A stretch of 36,692 nt of DNA from positions 124,001 to 160,692 of the forward strand of contig NOWV01000179.1 in NCBI GenBank assembly GCA_003344405.1. Direction: 5' to 3'. Numbering within the stretch: position 1 is the stretch's first letter; each line of letters starts with the position of its first letter. The notes under the pieces are model-generated. The model had not been told where the DNA came from. It was given only the letters and a program-made list of their open reading frames with translations, and searched no databases. The DNA is from Trichoplax sp. H2. Its lineage: Eukaryota. This document shows positions 26,801-36,692 of the stretch, one piece after another. A program made the position numbers and the translations under genes.

Positions 26801-29800
26801 GTTTTCTGATACCTGTGGAGCAGTGATAAAGTCTGAATTTGAGCTGATAATATTAACTTCAGAGTCATCTAAGTTAGTTATTTCTGGGTTGGATAAATGA
26901 TTGTCAGTAACTTTTGTTGATAATTCAACTTGAGCATCTTCATCATCGAGAGAAAAGCTATCAGAGAGTTCTACTTTCGAAAGCAAATTGGACTTTATTG
27001 AATTGTCGTGCGATTCATTCGGTATGCGACTGTCAGCGGTAGAGGTAACGCTGTAGCTGCTAGAGCAGATGTGCGTCTTCCTATTGCCATTCCCTTAACA
27101 AGCAAAGTCGAAAGTTTTGAAGTTTTAAGTGTGCTAGGTGAATATTTTTAAGACTAAGTTAAATAATGGTTATACTTACTATCATACTCGAAGAGACGAA
27201 AAAATTCAGAAAGGAATGCTACGATATTAGATTTTAACATCGTAAATCCGTACACGATGTCTTCAATTGAGGGAAAATGCATTTTACGCGATAGTTGTTG
27301 TAAACATATATTTCGAATCAGTGATAAATTTTCGAGTTTTTGTTCAAACGAAGGCTTGTTATGGTGAATATCTAAAATCAGTTAAATGAGCATGTGCAGC
27401 ATAAGTGATGACTTTAGTGCATAATACGTTTTTGGTAATAGCCTAGTACGCAAAGTAAACATTGCACGTTAGGATCTACGGTAGTTCCTAGCTCTAAATT
27501 TAGCTCCAACGTTACAAAGATTTCGTGCAAAAGCAAACAAAAACGTGCATTGACAATTTTACAAATATCAATAATATGGAACTACAATAATTCGGTATAA
27601 CGCTAGCGTAAATAGAAAATTCGGTGTAATAAGTTGTTATGAACTGTATTTGTAGCATAGTTATACAAGGAGTAAGAACTCTGCACAAAAATATGCATTT
27701 ATATTCGGCTTTAATACGCGCATATATATTGAATATTAATAAATATTATGAGAGCGAAAAGATTTAGTCAGCTTAATATGGTAGATGAGATCAAAAATGG
27801 ATTCTTATTAACTACTTTATCTCGGTCAATATCGTAACACTAACTAAATATACAGATGTCGATACAGCAATGCTTACGAAGCACGTCATGTCAGATGATA
27901 ACCGATATTAATTTGTAACATACGCTGTTGCTTTAAAAACGCAATAGCTGACTAAATTATATTGCATGGCATAGCACGGTAATTACCTGCTAAGTCGATT
28001 AAATTAGGTTTGTAGTAGCTGATAACAGCTGCTAGACAGCAACCACTACCCAAATCTTTCAAAAGGTCAAACATATTGGGGATCGTCGGTATGTTAGTAT
28101 CCTTATTACTTTCATTGACTAAGTCACATATTAAGTTGATCCATGTTAATAGAGCTTCTTCAAGGTTCGACAGTGATTCGTTTGCTATATGTTCACGAGC
28201 GCCATCTAACCTCCTATTAATAGTTATTTAATTGCAGCTTTTTAACGTGAAGTAGTTACCGTAAAATTAAATCTCAAAAAGTGAATTTATACTTCAGAAA
28301 CACCTTCGCATAATCACTTTTCGTATACAGAAAATACTTATGTTACATATCGGATATTGACTAATACCTTAAGGAATCAGTGAAAGCTGAGACGCTAACG
28401 ATATTATTCACATAGGCATCCATCATCGCATCAATTAATGTCGTATGGGAAGCCTATCGCATGGATTTACATGATGAAGAGATAGGACAATTATGAGATA
28501 CAAGTTTAATATAATTCGCTGTTAAACATATGATATAAATTAAGAGAGTACAAGTTTCAAAATTTACGTTAAAGTTGGTAAATTCGTATTAATAATGTCT
28601 ACATGATTGCACTTTATTACAATATTGCATTAAAATTTCGAGTTCCTTACCACATGTAGAGCACTACGTCTATTAAGTAATTCCAATGAAATTGATGCAA
28701 TAGGATTTTGTTCAGCATTGTGACCTAATTTTCCCAATTTACGGATAACACTCTCATGTGTAGTGCTGCCATTAGAAGGTGGTGTAGGTGTACTTTCTTC
28801 AAATAAATTTGCATAAACATCTTCATAAATCGCACCAGATGTTAATAAATCGATAGTAGCTGGATCGTTGGGATCGAAATCCTAATCAAATTATAAAGAA
28901 GGTTTTACTTTAAAAAGTTCAATACTTAAATTTTAACATTTGAAAAACGATTTTACAAAAGGATTAAGTCTTCAGACCTTTAAGTAAAGTTGAATATGCC
29001 TATCATAACAATCGAAATCGTAAAACATCACAGTGGATATAATGCTTTGGCGACTAGAACTTACTGAAGGATAAATTTATTGTGTTGTTGCTACTACTAT
29101 ATTATACAATGATTTTGTGATTTCTCCTCCTTCATGAATACAGAACAGTTTAATCGCTAGAATTGAGCGGTGAGGAAAATCTTGAAATAAAATTACTGCG
29201 TAATTTAATACTAAGATAGGCAGTACGACAGAAATTTCAATACTGCAATTTTATTTAAGGGTAAATACTAGTATGCACACATACAAATGTTAACGCACCG
29301 TTTCAATGAAATAAGAACCGATGCCGGTATTTATCATCAATTATCATTAAATCTAGTTTATTATGATGATGAATGATTTCTTAGACGGACTTATGGATGA
29401 GTGGTGATTATATTTGTAAAAACTGACTATAGATAAACTATAACAGTAAATTGGCAAGTATAGGAGACGATAGTTTGTATTAGTTCCTTTTCTTAATGAA
29501 TAAATTAGTAAATTTAATACGAGATCCAAAGCTAATATTCATGCAATACTTTTATACAGATTTTACCTGTAATATTACTCTCTGATCTTAATTTATCTAT
29601 AACTACTAACTGCTGCGATTTGACAAGTGTGTTATAATCGCTTCTTTTACTGCCATTATATATATATGCACATTTAATTGTATTATCTAGGATCCAGATG
29701 TTTTTGTTACTGGTTTACCGATCGATCATGCATTACTTTAAGACATTACATCGGATAGAGAAATGAGAAAATAGTTTATGAGTTTTAACAATTACATTCT

Positions 29801-32800
29801 CACAAAATTAGAATATTTCACAATCTATTCTTCTTTTGTAAAGGCTTTTTTTTATACGTCCTCAATTAAACCGTATAGTACTTAGATACAGAAGATATAG
29901 GTTGTGATAGTTGAAAATTTTGGGTGAAATCTTGAAAGGGATTATAACTTGAGAACTTTAGCTCTCTTATGTGTCTCTAGTAATTATTAATTATGGTTAT
30001 ACAGTACTGTATAATACGCAGATTAATAGATAATACAAAATCCATTGTACAATACAGTAGTTGATATTATTGCGTAAAATGTTGAAAAAGGATTATAACT
30101 TTTAAGATTTTGGTATTTTTTCTTCTTGTACGCCTCAAATATGTAATTTTACAATCTACAAATTACACAGAATCTATGTTATGATAGTTGAGAACTTGAG
30201 GTTTCTGGGTAAATTATTGAAAGTAATGTAATTTGTAGATTTTAGTATTTCATCTTTTTTTTGGATCTAAATGCTTCTATAACGTGTGGATGACATGAGA
30301 TTTTGTGGTATAACCGTTGATATTTCTTGGTAAAAATGTGGAAAGAAATTATAACTTGTAGATTTTAGCGTTCAATCCTCTTAAGCTATCCAAAATAATT
30401 TTTGAATGCTTCAATACAGTATATGAGATTGATAACTTGACACTTTCTGGGTAAATTTTTGAAAAGGATTTACGTATTTCCTGAAAGTTTACTGTCCTAT
30501 AATTGTCATTGTGAATTACATTTTAATATAAGAAATGCAATGATAATAATTTAATTAAGAATAAAGATGTCAATTTATCAATTGTTGTGGTGTATTTTAA
30601 AAGGAAAACCTTAACGAATGCCGGTTATTACAATATAAGAGTGCCATTCTTGTATAAAAAAGTGACGGAGTGTCAACTTTTGAGCAGCGTTGACGTTATA
30701 CAAATTAAGAAAGTGCAGATATATACTCAGTATTATGTTACATATCGAGAACATAACTGAAGATTGAATAAGAAAATAAACTATCACAAGCGATATCAAT
30801 AACAATTTTTGAGTTCATTACTATTATTTTAATGACCTTCTCGGTTGTATATCAGTTATCAGTCAATTTAAAGGATGAGAATTTTTGATCGGACAAGATT
30901 TTGATTGTTGTAATTGATACTGAAAATTGCTTTCGCATCATTTGATTGTAGTGTTATCAAACCAATTAAACGAGTAGGTAAATAATGTTTCCAGTAAGAT
31001 GTACGGTAAAATAAGAGGCCAATGCAATAAATATATTTATAGCCGTCGCGAAATAACATGTAGGCTACGATGTTCAATTTTATATTCACTAAGGTAATGT
31101 ACGTGCATGTATATCCAAATCATTTTTCGATCGAAAGTTAGCACTAAATACGTGTGCCGTGGATAAGTTGATTTATATTGTCACTGTCAAATACAGTTTC
31201 ATCTTTACACTTCTCCAGCACTATAGAATTCAGTTATAATATGATATTACGTTATTAGTATCTGAATAACAGTCAATTAGTTACGCTCTAATTGCCTGAA
31301 GGTGTATTGGGTAAACCATATGTAAGAAAATTGGTCATGGGCGTAGTTTTGCACATCAATACATTTTCCCAGACTTGCCAGAATATCGTACAGTATCTAA
31401 GCTTGTAAAGTTTGGATAAAGTCTTGAACTACTTTATGATTGTAATGGAATAGTACCTTTGTATATACCTATGTAGCATCTTATACAAGTATCGGTGGAT
31501 AATTTAAAAGGGTAGTATCTATCAAATCTTTATTGACAATTTGCATTCAAGAGTAGACATGGTAGAAACAAGAGAGACACATACACTCGAGGTCGTCCAT
31601 TAATACAGGCACTGTACTACCGCTATTGGATTATTTTAAAAAGAATAAAAGTAATTGTAATAACATGCACGATGACTACTCTTTTAAACGGTATAAAAAA
31701 AAAGTTGACATGCTGTCAACGCCAATGAGACATGTGGAATAATTCTCAGCAGGGTTTAAATTGTACGTTAAGCCACTAGCTTAGGGTAAACATTCGACTA
31801 TCCAACAAGGGTATTTGCTAACATACGAGTAAGTTGTTACATGTCGTATCCAGGCAAAATATGAACAAAACAGATTCTCTAGAAAGTTTAAACTAATACG
31901 CTATGTCACTAACTCAGGATAAGCATTGCTCAATTATGTAATAAAAGCATTCTGGTGACATTAGTTCAGTTCTATACATCTAGTAGAAATATAAGCAAAT
32001 GAATGTTTTGTGGAAGTAGATTCGCAAATCAAGCGATATCCCTATACATTCATAATAATTATATATACATTGTATCGAATAAAAACTGGAGTAAAGTATG
32101 ATAAGAGTCTAGGTCGTTTAATAAGTTTCGCAATAATAACAAACTCTATAATACTGTAGTAGAATTTGCTATATTGCAAATAGATATTGAGTATTCCATA
32201 GTACGGAATTCTTACTGAGAAGGCAATATCTGAGGGTAATGATGTATTTACAAGTATACCGGGTATGTTAAGAGTCTAACTCGTTTGACAAGCTGGACAA
32301 GAATAACAAACTCTTTTGTGGTAGGAATTAGCCATACTGTATGTAGACGTTTATTGTTCCACACTCAAGAAGGCACCATCTGAGAAGGCAATGGTGTATT
32401 TACTACAAGTATACCGGGTATGATAGAGTCCAACTCGTTTGATAAGCTTGACAAGAATAACAAACTCTTTTGTGGTAGGAATTAGCCATACTGTATGTAG
32501 ACGTTTATTGTTCCACACTTAAGAAGGCAGCATCTGAAAGCAATACTGTATTTAAAATTATTTACAACGAGTTTTAGAAGCTACAGTATTTTAGTCCATT
32601 TCAATCTGGTAATGGCTACAAAGCCAGCACTGAGCAATGATATTGTGGAATGATGATGATTGCTCATTTGAAATATTTACAAAGTGACTGTGAATTGGAT
32701 AAATTTAGAAGAAATTTATATAATAATAATAATAATAATACTGTGCATTACTGCTGAATTTGTATTGATGGCGTAGTCTTGGTGTATATGAAAATCATGA

Positions 32801-33941
32801 ATACAGGCATAAAGTATTCCTTGTACCGTAATTGATTTCACCTTAGGGATTGTGTAGATTGTAAGAAGTTTACACTAGCAGAATTCGATCTCTGTTATTC
32901 AATTTTGACTTACTTTCAAGTTGGTTATGCTTGCGGCAACATCTTTTGTAATGAGACCAGGAGAGCATTTTGTCGCTAACCAACGCAGACAAGCGTAAAA
33001 TTTCGCCTAGATAAGAGAGAAGGTGAATTGAAATAGAGCGTGAATCCATTTTTGAGCAATTTGCGTTGACAAGGACACGATTGATGTCATTTTAACATTA
33101 GATCCTGTTATGCTGTCAATATCTATTGTAAAATTGCTGGATATTGCAAAATTCTCATTTCATTATATCGTTATGAACAGCAATGATGGTGTTGATACAT
33201 GTTTATCAATACAATCGTTTAAGAAGAGTGACAACACTGTCTGAGCAATTTTGGATTACGTTCAAGTCTCAATTTATTTAATATTGTTTTATTGTAATAT
33301 CTAGTGTCCAATCGTTGGATCTTGCGATATTATCATTCTATTACTAGTAGCAAAAAGAGTGTAAAAATACAATCTTCTTTGGATAAACAATTCTGCTAAT
33401 AGACAGTAAGTTATTTTGGATTGTATTGAAGTCTTGATTGGTTTTAACTTGTCTAATGTGACAAAAATAAGTACTGTTGTATTAGTAGAGTACGTTAGTG
33501 GAATAAGAGTATGGTTGGCAGTAAGTGGAAGAGTGGTGGAAACTTTCAAGTGGAGAATATGTTGACAATTTTGAAGGGCATCTTGACGAATACATAAGAT
33601 TATGATTCTTGTAAGGTTCTTAACATGATTGCTTTACCAAGGCCATATCTATCGTCTACTCTGCTATACTGTATTTTCAAGTAGGTTGATAACATTTTCA
33701 ACAGTAAGACACTGTGTCTAATCTAGTTAGCAAGAGTACAGTATTTGTATTTGTGTTGAATCATCATCTGAATTTATGCAGTGATGGTAGGAATTGAACA
33801 TGTAGCAAAGAGATGAATCCGGATGATTAGACTGCTATACCAACTACTAGCTAATACTCGACGCGTAGATACAAGTTTTTTTATTTTTTTTTTTTTTACC
33901 TTGATTGGATCGTACTGGTTGACTGAGACGATTTGTGCCAT
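23884..33941 (-). CDS. CAMSAP: CAMSAP/Patronin microtubule minus-end-binding protein (CH domain, coiled coils, CKK domain); 14 exons, about 979 aa
   Basis: Exons 33941-33900, 33006-32914, 28881-28651, 28453-28368, 28213-27987, 27371-27180, 27093-25898, 25772-25669, 25559-25363, 25259-25104, 24959-24838, 24503-24402, 24284-24220, 24010-23884 (2940 nt, frame-consistent). N-terminus QYDPIKAKFYACLRWLATK; CH domain LEEALLTWIN..DLLKDLGSGCCLAAVISYYKP..NIVAFLSEFFRLFE; CKK domain KSNKKVLINALEYVCLAGTVN..FMVLFRDQNGSKFRGLY..GTGPR..FKYYTGAKQFREIPSKVLSVSVDAFSIHDSYW. Confidence 0.92.
24164..24208. mobile_element. 31-bp hairpin insertion flanked by 7-bp direct repeats (putative P-superfamily transposon footprint or micro-MITE) in last CAMSAP intron
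   Basis: GTATTAC | CATGGACCTCTAGA-GAT-TCTAGAGGTCCACG | GTATTAC: 14-bp inverted arms with one mismatch and an identical 7-bp flank on both sides. Confidence 0.65.
29890..30480. repeat. Degenerate tandem repeat, about 120-155-bp unit, about 5 copies, in CAMSAP intron 2
   Basis: Variants of TAGTTGA...GGGTAAA..TTGAAA.GGATTATAACTT..AGATTTTAG at about 29901, 30058, 30178, 30305 and 30428. Confidence 0.65.
32090..32555. repeat. Tandem triplication, about 155-bp unit (two near-identical copies plus one diverged), in CAMSAP intron 2
   Basis: AAGTATACCGGGTATG...GACAAGAATAACAAACTCTTTTGTGGTAGGAATTAGCCATACTGTATGTAGACGTTTATTGTTCCACACT.AAGAAGGCA.CATCTGA starts at 32252 and 32407; a diverged copy starts at about 32093. 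Confidence 0.9.
32719..32740. repeat. (TAA)n microsatellite, about 7 units
   Basis: TATAATAATAATAATAATAATA read directly. Confidence 0.85.
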
Positions 33942-34249
33942 TGGTAATCAATTTTGAATATAAGAAACTTTCTCTTCAATCTTGGACGATCTTGCGCGTT
34001 TACAAGTGATGATATCAATTGCATTCGTAAGTCAATCAATTGCCTTGTAGGATATTTTACACGTGAAGTAACTTTGGCGAATATTAGCTCCAATTGAAGT
34101 TGCAAATCATATAGAACCTATGCTAGCGCAGTGTTAATTGTATTGTAGTGAATCAAAGCGTTGAAGACGTTTGAGATTTAAATCTTACGACACGAATCAG
34201 CCAGCAAATGGCCGGCCAATGGATCGAGATTGGACCCTCTGTTACAGTA

Positions 34250-35215
34250 GTGATTCAGACTTTGACAACGTACTGTACTGTACTGTAGGCGAGCTATACA
34301 GTACTGTAAATTCCAGGTTCTCAGACTTCGACAACGTACAGTATGATCAGGGCTAATGGGTCACCTGGTCAGAGACTACAGTATTAGATTGGAAAGAATC
34401 CAGTACTGTACACTGTACAATACAGTGATTTGTATTGTACTCCAGGGCGTACAGTACTGTACAGTCCAACTTTGAATGCTGTACTGTACAGTACCGTACT
34501 GTAGGCGAGCTATACTGTACTGTAAATTCCAGGTTCTCAGACTTTGAAAACGTACAGTATGATCAGGGCTAATGGTCGCCTAGTCAGGGACTATTGGATT
34601 GGAAAGAATCCAGTACTGTACACTGTACAGTACAGTGATTTGTATTGTACTCCAGGGCGTACTGTACTGTACTGTAGGCGAGCTATAAATTCCAGGTTCT
34701 CAGACTTCGACAACGTACAGTATGATCAGGGCTAATGGGTCACCTGGTCAGGGACTATTAGATTGGAAAGAATCCAGTACTGTACACTGTACAATACAGT
34801 ACAGTGATTTGTATTGTACTCCAGGGCGTACAGTACGTACAGTACAGTACTGTACGGTACTGTAGGCGAGCTATACTGTACTGTAAATTCCAGGTTCTCA
34901 GACTTCGACAACGTACAGTATGATCAGGGCTAATGGGTCACCTGGTCAGGGACTATTAGATTGGAAAGAATCCAGTACTGTACACTGTACAATACAGTAC
35001 AGTGATTTGTATTGTACTCCAGGGCGTACAGTACGTACAGTACAGTACAGTACTGTACGGTACTGTAGGCGAGCTATACTGTACTGTAAATTCCAGGTTC
35101 TCAGACTTTGAAAACGTACAGTACTGTACACTATGATCAGGGCTAATGGTCGCCTAGTCAGGGACTATTAGATTGGAAAGAATCCTGTACTGTACACGTA
35201 CAGTACAGTACTGGA
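34250..35215. repeat. Tandem array of about 160-215-bp units (about 5.5 copies) with variable TACAG/TACTG pentamer content, upstream of CAMSAP
   Basis: Anchor TTCCAGGTTCTCAGACTT at 34311, 34527, 34690, 34888 and 35091 (spacings 216, 163, 198, 203). Conserved blocks TATGATCAGGGCTAATGG, GATTGGAAAGAATCC, GTGATTTGTATTGTACTCCAGGGCG and TAGGCGAGCTATA. Confidence 0.95.
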
Positions 35216-35559
35216 TTTCGCACTGGACAGTATTCCACAGGGGCATGTAAAACGGGAAATGTCTTACCAAATGCCAATCGCTTTTTTCTCCCTTTAATAA
35301 CAAGTCATGCAGGTTGATGGTGGTTGCAGAAAGCATCAAGCATGTATCAACGCAAACTACGCCACCCACCTACTATCGTTAGTCTTCATGGACAGTTGTG
35401 TGCGCATATGAATTCAATCATTACGGTTAGAAAGAAGTTTAACCATTTTACAGGTCATTTCCTGTCTCTAATCGATAGCATTATGTTCGCATTCGATTGA
35501 TCAAAAATTGCCTAATTGAAAGTACTGCGCGATGACTGTCGTTAAGAGCAGGGACTATC

Positions 35560-36692
35560 ATGCTTGGAGTTGACCTGCACCTGCAAGAGACCAACTCTAT
35601 CTGCAATTGTAGACCATAGGCTGTCAACTGTACAGTCTACACTATACCAAATACTTGGCCATTTTGCCAATGTATGTCATTTCAATGGGCACTTTAAATA
35701 TCAAATGACTTTCCACACACCCTGTTCATATTGAAAAATAGTTCTACTGTAGTTTGATGCAAGATGAATACGCCAAGAAGAGAGTCTTGGGAGTTGACCT
35801 ACACGTGCAAGAGACTAACTCTATCTGCAATTTTAGACCATAGGCTGTACAGTCTACATTATAATAGCCAAGCCATTTTGAAAAATAATTCGACTGTACA
35901 GTACTTTGATGCAAGATGAATACGCCAAAAAGAGAGTCTTGGAGTTGACCTACACGTGCAAGAGACTAACTCTATCTGCAATTTTAGACCATAGGCTGTA
36001 CAGTCTACACTATAATAGCCAAGCCATTTTGAAAAATAATTCGACTGTACAGTACTTTGATGCAAGATCAATACGCCAAGAAGAGCGTCTTGGAGTTGAC
36101 CTACACGTGTATTATTAAAAGAGACTAACTCTATCTGCAATTTTAGACCATAGGCTGTACAGTCTACACTATAATAGCCAAGCCATTTTGAAAAATAATT
36201 CGACTGTACAGTACTTTGATGCAAGATGAATACGCCAAAAAGAGAGTCTTGGAGTTGACCTACACGTGCAAGAGACTAACTCTATCTGCAATTTTAGACC
36301 ATAGGCTGTACAGTCTACACTATAATAGCCAAGCCATTTTGAAAAATAATTCGACTGTACAGTACTTTGATGCAAGATCAATACGCCAAGAAGAGCGTCT
36401 TGGAGTTGACCTACACGTGTAAGAGACTAACTCTATCTGCAATTTTAGACCATAGGCTGTACAGTCTACACTATAATAGCCAAGCCATTTTGAAAAATAA
36501 TTCGACTGTACAGTACTTTGATGCAAGATCAATACGCCAAAAAGAGAGTCTTGGAGTTGACCTACACGTACAAGAGACTAACTCTATCTGCAATTTTAGA
36601 CCATAGACTGGACAGCCTACACTATAATAGCCAAGCCATTTTGAAAAATATTCCGACTGTACTTTGATGCAAGATCAATACGCCAAAAAGAG
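35560..36692. repeat. 151-bp tandem (satellite-like) array, at least 6 copies plus a diverged lead copy, running off the window end
   Basis: Anchor GGAGTTGACCTACACG at 35790, 35941, 36092, 36251, 36402 and 36553 (period 151; one 159 due to an 8-bp insertion near 36112-36119); diverged copy at about 35565-35665. Confidence 0.97.

Noticed and set aside
31704-31720. Small hairpin GTTGACA-TGC-TGTCAAC (and CTGAGC-ATA-GCTCAG near 19778)
   Set aside because: Stems of 6-7 bp with no target duplication are expected by chance in 36 kb.
28882-32913. Possible nested gene or extra micro-exons in the 4-kb CAMSAP intron 2 (ORFs at 30611-31089; a 30-nt AG/GT-bounded segment at about 29567-29596)
   Set aside because: Exons 2 and 3 join directly in phase 0. 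The 30-nt segment has a stop in that phase, and the ORFs look like AT-rich noise.
34250-36692. Regular repeats as a CRISPR array, or the ORFs listed within them as genes
   Set aside because: The units are contiguous tandem copies without unique spacers, there are no cas genes, and the context is eukaryotic. The ORFs are repeat translations that shift frame with the 151-bp period.

Overview
AT-rich, intron-dense eukaryotic (animal) genomic DNA. The compact GT-AG gene structures and composition suggest a placozoan such as Trichoplax; this is inference only. Six spliced protein-coding genes could be assembled by hand with consistent reading frames: (1) a secreted astacin metalloprotease fused to a C-terminal pentraxin/LamG-like domain (minus, 9 exons, 609 aa); (2) TAF12 (minus); (3) TRAPPC3/Bet3 (plus); (4) COQ3 (minus); (5) an SDF2/SDF2L1-like MIR-domain protein (plus, 5' end unresolved); (6) CAMSAP/Patronin (minus, 14 exons, about 979 aa). 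Large introns carry locally amplified degenerate tandem repeats, and the window ends in two young tandem arrays (about 200 bp and 151 bp units). The most striking non-genic signal is the pervasive TA-CAG-TA / TA-CTG-TA motif. Comparing repeat copies shows it as exact 5-nt additions at TA sites, matching Tc1/mariner excision footprints, and these additions pile up in hotspots. There is also a 31-bp hairpin between 7-bp direct repeats that fits a P-element-type excision footprint. No prokaryotic features, RNA genes or CRISPR arrays were found.
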